Positions 46,257 to 55,113 of a DNA stretch of 64,000 bases are shown one piece after another. Each line of letters begins with the position of its first letter. The first letter of the stretch is position 1. The DNA comes from Nannocystales bacterium (GTDB lineage Bacteria > Myxococcota_A > Polyangia > Nannocystales > Nannocystaceae), in contig JBOEGF010000004.1 of assembly GCA_050633305.1 (NCBI GenBank), forward strand, positions 224,001-288,000, written 5' to 3'. The notes under the pieces are model-generated. The model had not been told where the DNA came from and ran no database searches. It saw only the letters and a list, made by a program, of their open reading frames with translations. A program made the position numbers and the translations under genes.

Positions 46257-47774
46257 ATGGGCGCACCCATGCCCTTCGCTGCCCACGCTCGCCGGACTGC
46301 GCTTCCGGCCTACGTTCGTTGGGTGCGATGGGCCTGCGGTGCGTCTTTCGTTGTGACCGCCGCCGGGGAGGCGAAGGCCAGCGAGGTTCGCATGACGAGC
46401 CGGAGCGTTGGCGAAGGCTACATGGTCCGCCTCCCGGGAGAGCGGGGGCAACTGGTGAGCCGACGGCGGCTCGCACAGTACGTGGGCCTGGGCGTCTACG
46501 GAATCCTCCCGCCGCGTGAACCGGACGAACTCGAGCGCGATCCCAGCGACGGCCAGCTGCAGGTCGTCGCGTCGATGCGATTGCGCAATGACTTCGGGAC
46601 GTTCACCCGGCGGGCCAACGGACAGGCGCAGGATCTGATCGAGTCCTTGGACGGCCGACAGATCGATCTGCTGTACGGCTATTTCGAAGGTCGCCAAGTG
46701 GCGCGCTTCTTCGACTTCAAGCTCGGGCGGCAGTTTGAGATGTCGGGGCTCGACTTCTACGCGTTCGACGGTGGCTGGCTGCGCGCCAACACGCCCGCCC
46801 ACGTGGCGGTCGAGGTCTTTGGCGGTCAGCAGGTGGACGGCTCCGCGTTGTTCGGGTTCCCAACGTTCGAGCTCGATGGCACCCAGGGCACGCCGGCGGA
46901 CCGTTCGCACTCCCCGGTCGTGGGGGCAGCATTCGCCCTCTCTGACCTCAAGTTCATGGATGGCCGCGTCGCCTATCGGCGGACGTGGTCCCCCGGGGCG
47001 ATCAACTCGGATGTGCCGGATGTCGAGGGCGCGCAGGGGGTGGGAACCGTGGTGGACCAGGAGTTCATCAGCGCGTCTGCCTCGCTCCGGCTCGCCAAGG
47101 GCAAACTCGCGCCGTTCGGGGCGGCTCGCTACAACCTCGGGGTTGCCCGGCTCGATGATCTCAGCGGCGGCGTGTGGTGGGCGGTCACCGAGATGCATAC
47201 GCTGCGGGCGTACTACCTGCGGACGATTCCAAGCTTCGACCTCGATTCGATCTTCAACGTGTTCGCGCTGGAGCCCTTCGAGGATGTCCGCGTCGTGTAC
47301 CAAGTCCGGACCGGGCCCCGTTGGACGATCTACAGCCGCTTTCAGGGGCGCTTCTTCCACGCGTCCCCGACCGCAGACAACGGACTTGATCCGTCCGAAC
47401 GCGTCGCGTTCGGCGGGGGCGGGGGAGGAGGCGCAGAGCTTCGCCTACGTCGCTTCGGCATGCGGCTGGACGGCTACGGACTCGGAGGGGAGGGGGGTGT
47501 TCGCGTTGGGGGCAGCGTCGATACTCGCACCCACGTCTTGTACGACCGCCTCGCGCTCGATGTGCGTGGGTACGGCCTGTACTACAAAGACGAGATCAAC
47601 GACGCCCGGGAAGGGCACAGTGTGTCGCTGCAAGCCGGCGCGAACGTCCGCCTGGGCCACGGCATTTACTTCAATGTGATGGGCGAGGAGTTGTTCACGC
47701 CCTATACGCGGGCAGCCTTCCGGGCGTTTGGCATGCTCAACTTCGACTGGGCATTCCGGGTGGGGCAACGATGA
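46257..47774 (+). CDS. Putative outer-membrane beta-barrel (porin of a porin-cytochrome pair)
   Basis: Signal peptide ending AKA; amphipathic strands; LGRQ..., FDGG; C-terminal FGMLNFDWAF; stop overlaps the cytochrome ATG. Confidence 0.65.
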   Translation: MGAPMPFAAHARRTALPAYVRWVRWACGASFVVTAAGEAKASEVRMTSRSVGEGYMVRLPGERGQLVSRRRLAQYVGLGVYGILPPREPDELERDPSDGQLQVVASMRLRNDFGTFTRRANGQAQDLIESLDGRQIDLLYGYFEGRQVARFFDFKLGRQFEMSGLDFYAFDGGWLRANTPAHVAVEVFGGQQVDGSALFGFPTFELDGTQGTPADRSHSPVVGAAFALSDLKFMDGRVAYRRTWSPGAINSDVPDVEGAQGVGTVVDQEFISASASLRLAKGKLAPFGAARYNLGVARLDDLSGGVWWAVTEMHTLRAYYLRTIPSFDLDSIFNVFALEPFEDVRVVYQVRTGPRWTIYSRFQGRFFHASPTADNGLDPSERVAFGGGGGGGAELRLRRFGMRLDGYGLGGEGGVRVGGSVDTRTHVLYDRLALDVRGYGLYYKDEINDAREGHSVSLQAGANVRLGHGIYFNVMGEELFTPYTRAAFRAFGMLNFDWAFRVGQR

Positions 47775-49093
47775 ACGCACGCAGTGGAACGACCTGGGCT
47801 CTCCTTTGGGGGGTGCTGTTCTGCATCACGGCCGCGCTCGAGCACACCGTGGACGCGGCCCCCCAACGCCGCGATGAGCCAACCACAACGTCGCCCATGG
47901 GTCGCTCGCCGACGACGGTGGGCAGGGGCAACGGGCCTCGGCAACGGGCCAATATTCCCTCGACTGTGGGTGTGATGCAAGGGCCGATCCGGCGGGGCTC
48001 GGCGGTCTACCCCAGGCAAGACATCCCGATCTCCTTCAACCACGGTCAACACCTGAAGATCGGGATGGACTGCGCGCAGTGCCACACCGACATCGATGCA
48101 TCTCGGCGCGCCTCGGACAACAACTTCCCACGCGGAAAAGTCTGCGACAGTTGCCACGGTCCGCAGCATCCCAAGCCAGAGACCGAGCCCGCGAAGTGCG
48201 AGCTGTGCCACACGTCGGTCGATGACAAGAACCGGGTGACAGCGGGACTTCGGGCGCCGCGGCCCATGCTCAAGTTCAACCATGACCTGCACGACAAGGC
48301 TGGGTCGGACTGCGAAGACTGCCATGGCGACATGAGCCGGGTCCGCCTGGCTACCGTCCTGCAGTTGCCTGAAGAGCAGGACTGTCTGACCTGCCACGAC
48401 GGCAAAGGAGCGACCGATGCGTGCAGCGCGTGTCATCCGACGCAGCGGGGCGGCACGCTGAAGGTTCGAGCCATCGACGACCGCTCGATGCCCGCCCTGG
48501 TTCCCAAGGACGACAACAGCTGGGGCGCAGCCCACGACCTCGCGTTCGTCGAAGACCACGCCCACATCAGCAAGGCCAACCCCGCGCTGTGCCAGTCGTG
48601 CCACGAGGAGTCCTTCTGCACCGACTGTCACGCGGGCGTGATTCGGCCGATGCGGATCCACAGCGGCGACTTCATCAACACCCACGCCCTCGACGCTCGT
48701 GCGCAGACGTCCAACTGCCAGTCGTGCCATCGCACCCAAAGCTTCTGCCTGGGCTGCCACGAGCGGATGGGATTCGACCGTGAACCGGGCAGCGCCTTCG
48801 CCGTGGGCGGCTCGCTGTCCTTCCACCCCGACGGCTGGGCGGGTCCGCCCGGGATGCCGCAGGCCCACGCGCACGCGGCTCAACGCAACATGACCGCGTG
48901 CTCGAGCTGCCATACCGAGGACAGTTGCCTGGCATGTCACGCGACCGCTGGCGGTCCGGTCGGGGGACTGGGCGCCAACCCGCACGGCTCACGGTTCCGA
49001 GATTCGGCGCGGTGCAACGCCTTGGCGACGCGCAACCGGCGGGTCTGCCTCAAGTGCCACGCGCCCGGCGATCCTCAGCTCGACTGCCTCTGA
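47771..49093 (+). CDS. Multiheme cytochrome c with 13 CxxCH motifs
   Basis: CAQCH, CDSCH, CELCH, CEDCH, CLTCH, CSACH, CQSCH, CTDCH, CQSCH, CLGCH, CSSCH, CLACH, CLKCH; two FNHxxH c7/c3-like units; signal peptide. Confidence 0.95.
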   Translation: MNARSGTTWALLWGVLFCITAALEHTVDAAPQRRDEPTTTSPMGRSPTTVGRGNGPRQRANIPSTVGVMQGPIRRGSAVYPRQDIPISFNHGQHLKIGMDCAQCHTDIDASRRASDNNFPRGKVCDSCHGPQHPKPETEPAKCELCHTSVDDKNRVTAGLRAPRPMLKFNHDLHDKAGSDCEDCHGDMSRVRLATVLQLPEEQDCLTCHDGKGATDACSACHPTQRGGTLKVRAIDDRSMPALVPKDDNSWGAAHDLAFVEDHAHISKANPALCQSCHEESFCTDCHAGVIRPMRIHSGDFINTHALDARAQTSNCQSCHRTQSFCLGCHERMGFDREPGSAFAVGGSLSFHPDGWAGPPGMPQAHAHAAQRNMTACSSCHTEDSCLACHATAGGPVGGLGANPHGSRFRDSARCNALATRNRRVCLKCHAPGDPQLDCL

Positions 49094-49125
49094 GGGGGCG
49101 GTCGCGCCTTCCGTACCGGTTGGGC

Positions 49126-49629
49126 CTACAGCTGAGTGTAGACCGTGAAGATCTCGACCTCGGTCATCGCGATCAGCCGATAGCGATGGGTGGGGTCGAT
49201 GAGCAGCGGCCCCGCGGGGACCAGCTCGATGCGGTCGACCTCGGTGCCGTCGTCCACCTCAAGGACCGCGCGACCGCCGGTCAGCATCACGTGCATGTCT
49301 TGGCGGTTGGTCGTGGCGACAGGGACGCTCTTGCCTGCCTTGATGCGCAGCACCGTGGTCACGAATCCGTCGCCCTTCGCCCACACGAACGCGCCGCCGA
49401 ACGTCTTGGGCACGAACGGAGGACCGAACTCGTCGAAGACCTCTTCCGCGTCGGGGTCAGGCGCGGCCGAGGCAGCGGCGCTGGTGTCGGCGTTGGGGTC
49501 ACTGGCCGGGCCTTGGTCTGGGCCTTGATCTGGGCCTTGATCTGGGCTGGGCGCCCCTTGGGAAGGGGACGCGGAGGGGGCCACGGCCTCGTCAGCCACG
49601 GTGGCTTCGGGCTGCTCGGGCTCTGACAT
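49126..49629 (-). CDS. Cupin-like protein with acidic, disordered N-terminus
   Basis: VPKTFGGAFVWA...LRIKAGKSV...MHVMLTGG...IDPTHRYRLIA follows the small-cupin layout; start ATG 49629. Confidence 0.55.
   Translation of the reverse strand: MSEPEQPEATVADEAVAPSASPSQGAPSPDQGPDQGPDQGPASDPNADTSAAASAAPDPDAEEVFDEFGPPFVPKTFGGAFVWAKGDGFVTTVLRIKAGKSVPVATTNRQDMHVMLTGGRAVLEVDDGTEVDRIELVPAGPLLIDPTHRYRLIAMTEVEIFTVYTQL
49508..49547. repeat. 12-bp tandem repeat GGGCCTTG(G/A)TCT, about 3.3 copies, encoding (PDQG)n on the minus strand
   Basis: Units at 49508, 49520 and 49532 seen directly. Confidence 0.9.
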
Positions 49630-49636
49630 CAGGCGG

Positions 49637-49642
49637 ACGATA
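49637..49642 (-). promoter_or_regulatory. Putative extended -10 element (TGG-TATCGT) of a leaderless transcript
   Basis: TANNNT 7 nt before ATG 49629. Confidence 0.45.
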
Positions 49643-49657
49643 CCACGGCCCTCGAAC

Positions 49658-50710
49658 TCAGCCGCCGGGCTTTTGAACGCCGGGCTTCTGGACCGCACCG
49701 TTGCCCGCCGGCTTCGACGGCTTGGCGGGCTTCGCTGGGGGCTTGCTGCCCGCGTCCTTCTTGGGCGGCTTGTCTCCGGCCTTGTCCCCCGAGAGGGACT
49801 TCGCCTCGCCGGCCTCGACCGTGGGGGTCTCGCCTGCGCCCGCTTTCGGTTTGAGCGACTCGCCCCCGGTCCGCTCGGGGGCGGAGGTGGCTGGCTTGGC
49901 GGTCTTGGTGGCGCCCTCTTCTTCCCCTTCGGCAGGAGTCTCTTCGACAAACTCGTCGGTGGTGCCGCCGGGGATGTCGGTGGTGCCGGTGTTCTCCTTG
50001 CGGATCGACTCGGCCTCCCGCGCCCGGCGTGCGGCGTCGTGATCCCATTGGTCGACGCGGCCATCGCCATTGACGTCGTAGCCGATGCGATCGACACGGC
50101 CCGCCACGTAGTAGGCGAACATGTCGGCCCGACCATCGCCATCGCGGTCGGTCTCGATGCGAAGCAGCCGCCCTTTGTCGTACCGACGCCAGGCGTCGAC
50201 GAAGCCGTCGCGGTTGGTGTCCTGCTCGTCGAGCACGAGCTTGCCGTCTTTGAACGTGCGGCCGATGTCGATGCGGCCGTCGTAGTCGAGGTCGAACTGC
50301 TCGCGGTTGAGGACGCCCTTCTCGTCGTAGTGGAAGTAGGCGTCGAGTCGGCCGTCAAAGTTGAAGTCGGCCTGACGGCAGCGCAGCGTGATGCCCTCGC
50401 CGGAATACAGGGACACCAGGTCGGCCTTGCCGTCGTGGTTGAGATCTTGCTGGTCGGCCCGTTGCCCCTGGGTGGAGCACCGATTGTCGTCGACCCGCAG
50501 CGCCCGAAGGTTCGGGTTCACCGGCGGCGCAGATTGCGAGTCTTCGTTGGCCTCGTCGGGCGACTTCGACTTCCCATCGTCCTCCGCGTCCTTTTTTCCC
50601 GCGCATCCTGGCGCCACGGCCCCCGCTGCACACAGGACCGCCAGGGCGAAGCCGAGCCGCGGCCGGGCTGGACGGGCAGGGGAGGGGGTCGAAAACCGGC
50701 GGAACCGCAC
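49658..50710 (-). CDS. Lipoprotein with six Dx[DN]xDG Ca-binding-type repeats and a Lys/Pro-rich tail
   Basis: Lipobox VAPGC; DLNHDG, DFNFDG, DLDYDG, DTNRDG, DRDGDG, DVNGDG. Confidence 0.75.
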   Translation of the reverse strand: MRFRRFSTPSPARPARPRLGFALAVLCAAGAVAPGCAGKKDAEDDGKSKSPDEANEDSQSAPPVNPNLRALRVDDNRCSTQGQRADQQDLNHDGKADLVSLYSGEGITLRCRQADFNFDGRLDAYFHYDEKGVLNREQFDLDYDGRIDIGRTFKDGKLVLDEQDTNRDGFVDAWRRYDKGRLLRIETDRDGDGRADMFAYYVAGRVDRIGYDVNGDGRVDQWDHDAARRAREAESIRKENTGTTDIPGGTTDEFVEETPAEGEEEGATKTAKPATSAPERTGGESLKPKAGAGETPTVEAGEAKSLSGDKAGDKPPKKDAGSKPPAKPAKPSKPAGNGAVQKPGVQKPGG

Positions 50711-50804
50711 GCTCTGACTGTAGATGCGACGAGAAGCGTCGGCAAGCGACGGGGACTATGGTAGGGGGCCGTGCGTGGCCCTTTTTGGCCACCCATTCGA
50801 CGCC

Positions 50805-52640
50805 ATGAACGCTCCTGCCAAGACCCCGGCGGTTCCGACCGCCCCCGAGAGCCGGCTGATCCGGACGTTCTGCATCATCGCGCACATCGACCACGGCAAG
50901 AGCACCCTGGCTGACCGCCTGATGGAGCACACTGGCTTGTTGGGCGAGCGCGACAAGCAGGCCCAGTACCTGGACCGCATGGACATCGAGCGGGAGCGGG
51001 GCATCACCATCAAGGCCCAAACCGTCCGCATGGCCTACACGGCCGAGGATGGGACGGTCTACGAACTCAACCTGATCGACACGCCCGGACACGTCGACTT
51101 CGGGTACGAGGTTTCTCGCAGCCTCAAAGCATGCGAGGGCGCGCTCCTGGTCGTCGATGCGGCACAGGGCGTCGAAGCGCAGACGCTCGCGAACGTCTAC
51201 CTCGCGCTGGACAACGATCTCGAGATCATCCCGGTGATCAACAAGATCGACCTGCCCTCGGCCGACCCGGACCGGGTCGCGGAGGAGATCGAGCAAATGG
51301 TCGGCCTCGACGCGACCGACGCGATTCACTGCAGCGCCAAGAGCGGGATCGGGATCGAGGAGGTCCTCAAGGCGGTGGTCGAACAGGTGCCCCCGCCGAC
51401 CGACGACCGCACCGGACCCTTGCGTGCGTTGATCGTCGACAGCTGGTGGGACTCCTACCGCGGGGTCATCTCGATCGTGCGCGTCTTCTCGGGGCGACTG
51501 ACGCCTGGAAGCAAGCTGCGCATGATGTCCAGCGGCAAGGCCTACGAGACGCTCAGCGTCGGGGTCTTCGCGCCGGACATGACCGAGCTGACGGAGATCG
51601 CAGCAGGGGAGGTCGGCTACCTCATTTGCGGACTCAAGGATGTCCGAGACGCCAAGGTCGGAGACACCGTCGTCGACGCGGCGGAGGAAAACCCGGAGGC
51701 GCTGGACGGATTTCAAGACGTCATGCCGATGGTCTTCGCCGGGGTGTTCACCACCGACAACGCGGACTACCCGGCCCTCCGAGACGCACTGGGCAAGCTG
51801 ACGCTCAACGATGCCGCGGTCACCTACGAGCCGGAGACCTCCGAGGCGCTCGGCTTTGGATTCCGCCTGGGTTTCTTGGGGTTGCTCCACATGGAGATCG
51901 TCCAGGAACGCCTGGAGCGGGAGTACAACCTCGACCTGATCACGACCGCGCCGAGCGTGATGTACCGGGTGTACCTCAAGGACGGGAGCATGATCGAGGT
52001 CGACAACCCGGCTCAGTTCCCCGAGCTGGGTGGCTACGACTACATCGAGGAGCCGGTGATCGAGGGACGCATCCAGGTGCCCGAAGAGCATGTCGGCACC
52101 GTCATCAAGCTCTGTGAAGAGCGCCGGGGCACCCAGAAGGACCTCAGCTACCTGACCGAGACCCGGATCCAGCTCACCTACGAGCTGCCCCTGGCCGAGG
52201 TGGTGTTTGGCTTCTTCGACCAGCTCAAGAGCCGCAGCCGCGGATATGCGAGCCTCGACTACGAGCCCGGTGGCTACCGGCGCGCCGACCTGGTTCGTCT
52301 GGACCTCTTGGTCAACGGTGAGAACGTCGACGCGCTCAGCCTGATCACCCACCGCTCGACGTCCTTCTTCCGGGGACGGGATCTGTGCGTGAAGATGAAG
52401 GAACTCGTCCCGCGGCAGCAGTTCGAGGTCGCCATCCAGGCCGCGATCGGCACCCGGGTCATCGCCCGAACCACGGTCAAGGCGATGCGCAAGAACGTCA
52501 CCGCCAAGTGCTATGGGGGCGACATCTCGCGCAAGCGCAAGCTTCTGGAGAAACAAAAGAAGGGAAAGAAGCGTCTCAAGGCCATCGGCAATGTCGAGAT
52601 TCCCCAATCCGCGTTCCACGCGGTCCTCACGCTCGATTGA
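50805..52640 (+). CDS. lepA: Elongation factor 4 (LepA)
   Basis: [52 protein letters not shown]. Confidence 0.97.
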   Translation: MNAPAKTPAVPTAPESRLIRTFCIIAHIDHGKSTLADRLMEHTGLLGERDKQAQYLDRMDIERERGITIKAQTVRMAYTAEDGTVYELNLIDTPGHVDFGYEVSRSLKACEGALLVVDAAQGVEAQTLANVYLALDNDLEIIPVINKIDLPSADPDRVAEEIEQMVGLDATDAIHCSAKSGIGIEEVLKAVVEQVPPPTDDRTGPLRALIVDSWWDSYRGVISIVRVFSGRLTPGSKLRMMSSGKAYETLSVGVFAPDMTELTEIAAGEVGYLICGLKDVRDAKVGDTVVDAAEENPEALDGFQDVMPMVFAGVFTTDNADYPALRDALGKLTLNDAAVTYEPETSEALGFGFRLGFLGLLHMEIVQERLEREYNLDLITTAPSVMYRVYLKDGSMIEVDNPAQFPELGGYDYIEEPVIEGRIQVPEEHVGTVIKLCEERRGTQKDLSYLTETRIQLTYELPLAEVVFGFFDQLKSRSRGYASLDYEPGGYRRADLVRLDLLVNGENVDALSLITHRSTSFFRGRDLCVKMKELVPRQQFEVAIQAAIGTRVIARTTVKAMRKNVTAKCYGGDISRKRKLLEKQKKGKKRLKAIGNVEIPQSAFHAVLTLD

Positions 52641-52675
52641 ACTTGCTGCGAATCGGCTAGAATAGGACCAGCGCC

Positions 52676-55039
52676 TTGTCCGACCCGTCCCAGTCCGAAA
52701 ACCCGTATTCGGCCGCCCCCAAGGGGCCTACGAAGGCGGACAAGCCTCGCTCCAGCCGCCACGTGCGGTCCGCCGCAAAGATCCTCGCGAAAGAAGCGAA
52801 GGTCATCTTGGCGAAGCACGCCTCACGCATCGCGGAGGCGCCCGCGGGTGCCATGCGAGAGAGTCTGGCGGAGCTCAACCGGCTGCGCGAAGAGAACGAC
52901 ACCGCCAACGCGACTTGGCTGGGCAACCTCGAGGCCGAAGCCGAGCGACTCGACGACCTGCTGCACCAACACGCCGCGTTCGCGCGCAAGAGCGCGCTGC
53001 GAGAGACGCTGGAGAACATCGGTATCGCCGTCCTCGTGGCGCTGGGCTTGCGTTCGTGCGTGTACGAGCCGTTCAAGATCCCGAGCGAGTCCATGCTGCC
53101 GACCCTCCGGATCGGCGACCACATCTTCGTCAAGAAGTTCAGCTACGGCGTTCAGATCCCGTTCACCAGCACGGTCGTCGCGTCCTTCCTCGGGGACATC
53201 GAGCGCGGAGACGTCATCGTCTTCCGCTACCCGCTCGACCCCAAGGACGACTACATCAAGCGCGTGATCGGCATCCCCGGGGACCAGGTCCGGGTCATGG
53301 GGCGGGTCGTGTCGCTCAAGCGAGCGTCCGACGACGACTTTGAGGTCTTGCAGCGCACGCCACTCGAGCAAAAGTGCGTCAATGATGCGAACGGCAGGAC
53401 CCGTGCCGGGTGCCAGCTGTTCGAGGAGACGATCGACGACAAAACCTACGTCGTCCGCTACCTGACCTCGATGTCGGAGCGAAACGACTTCTTGCCCCGC
53501 GCGAAGACGTTCACTGTCCCCGAAGGGCATGTTCTCGTCATGGGGGACAATCGTAATGAGTCGGCGGACAGCACCCAGTGGACCGTCGAAGTCGAGGCCG
53601 TCGATGCGGCCGCAGTCATCTCCGACAAAGACCTTCGCGACCTGACCGACGAAAAACTCTTCACGCAAACACGGCCCAAGACGGACGAGATGGCGGACCC
53701 GAGCCACGACCACGTCGTGTGGTTGGCAACGCACCGAAGTCGGGCCCACGACATCTCTCTGTCGGCGTGGCGTTCTCCTCAGCTGGGCGCAGAACCGACG
53801 TGGGCCGCGCTCGCTGCCCGGGTCGATGGCGCCGAGGAGACCACTGTTGCGGCGCTCGTCGACGGAAAACCCGTCCCCAAGGGCGACGTCCTGACGACCA
53901 CCCTGACCGTGGGGGCCTCGATCGACCGTCTCGTCGTAGGGCGGAACGAAGACGGCTGGAGCGCCGTGGCGTTTCTCGAAGAGGACGACGCCGTCCTGCA
54001 CCTCGAGTGTGGTCGCAAGGTCTGCAAGAACAGCGGGCGGCTTGCTGCGAGGCTGGCCAACGCAGTCGCTGCGTTCCGAGCCAACCCCGAAAAGGCCACG
54101 CGCGAGCTGCTGTCGGAGCCCCGCGGCGTGGAGTACGGCACGCGCTGGACCGGCCGCAGCGATGTCCGCGACCACTACTACGAGCGGCAGTTCCAGCGTG
54201 CCGACACCGAGGGACCCCGAGGCCAGGTCCGGCTGCGGGTGTTTCGCAAGCCCAAGCAGAGCCTCGATGTCCTCCAGGATGCCGCGCTACGTGCTGTCGG
54301 GACCTCCGCGGCCGAGGCTCCACTCGCGCCCGAGCTTGGGGAGCGCGCCTGGGTCGTCTCGGGCGAGGACACCTTCACCTTGGTCACGACGGACGACGTG
54401 CGCGACATGGTCGTGGTCCTCGACTGCGGTCGGGGGATGTGCAGCACGGCACAAGCCGCCCGGGCTCTAGGGGCCGTGGTGCTCGACCGAGTCCCCAAGG
54501 CATCCAGCGATCGTCGCCAGCTCCGCAAGATGCTGCGGGAAGAGGACCTGTCCGCGATGGGGAACGCCGAGGTCAAGGACCTCAAGGTCCTGCAGCCGCC
54601 CCGCAACCCCTTCGACCGGACCCGGCTCGAAGCGACCGTCCAGGGCAAGGACCACGGCCTCGAACTCGAGGTCTGGCATGAGCCCGAAGAAGGCCTGGCC
54701 GCGAAGGTCGCCGCCATCGCTGGCCCCCTCGACCTCTCTAGTTCCGACGCTGTCGGGCAACACGGCCAAGCGGGCGAGGACGACGAGGCGTTCCATCACG
54801 TGTTCGGCATCGCCGGGTCCGACTCAGTCGTCCGCATTCGCTGCCGCAAGGGGCTGTGCGAAGAGGCCGACGTCGCGCTCGCCATCGCCCGACGGGCGGC
54901 CGACGAGGCTCAGGATCCGGACAACTTCATCGACCCCGATGCACGGCGCCCTCAGCCGTTCGTGCCCATGGGCAACGTGAAGGGACGCGCCGACGTGATC
55001 TGGTTCCCGCTCGACCGCTTCTGGCTCAAGGTCCGCTGA
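52676..55039 (+). CDS. lepB: Signal peptidase I with a large internal three-repeat insertion
   Basis: FKIPSESMLPTL (catalytic Ser), DYIKRVIG (catalytic Lys), GDNRNESADS, distal FVPMGNVKGRA; follows lepA. Confidence 0.9.
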   Translation: MSDPSQSENPYSAAPKGPTKADKPRSSRHVRSAAKILAKEAKVILAKHASRIAEAPAGAMRESLAELNRLREENDTANATWLGNLEAEAERLDDLLHQHAAFARKSALRETLENIGIAVLVALGLRSCVYEPFKIPSESMLPTLRIGDHIFVKKFSYGVQIPFTSTVVASFLGDIERGDVIVFRYPLDPKDDYIKRVIGIPGDQVRVMGRVVSLKRASDDDFEVLQRTPLEQKCVNDANGRTRAGCQLFEETIDDKTYVVRYLTSMSERNDFLPRAKTFTVPEGHVLVMGDNRNESADSTQWTVEVEAVDAAAVISDKDLRDLTDEKLFTQTRPKTDEMADPSHDHVVWLATHRSRAHDISLSAWRSPQLGAEPTWAALAARVDGAEETTVAALVDGKPVPKGDVLTTTLTVGASIDRLVVGRNEDGWSAVAFLEEDDAVLHLECGRKVCKNSGRLAARLANAVAAFRANPEKATRELLSEPRGVEYGTRWTGRSDVRDHYYERQFQRADTEGPRGQVRLRVFRKPKQSLDVLQDAALRAVGTSAAEAPLAPELGERAWVVSGEDTFTLVTTDDVRDMVVVLDCGRGMCSTAQAARALGAVVLDRVPKASSDRRQLRKMLREEDLSAMGNAEVKDLKVLQPPRNPFDRTRLEATVQGKDHGLELEVWHEPEEGLAAKVAAIAGPLDLSSSDAVGQHGQAGEDDEAFHHVFGIAGSDSVVRIRCRKGLCEEADVALAIARRAADEAQDPDNFIDPDARRPQPFVPMGNVKGRADVIWFPLDRFWLKVR

Positions 55040-55113
55040 GCCGAGGGGATGCGGCGGTCCGGGTAGGAGGGAACGAGCGGGAGGGTTCCGATGAGGAGCA
55101 AGCCGTTCCCGGC

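Noticed and set aside
53582..54955. LepB insertion interpreted as an intein
   Set aside because: No N-terminal Cys block, no terminal His-Asn followed by Cys/Ser/Thr and no LAGLIDADG motif; it consists of three Cx4C repeat units.
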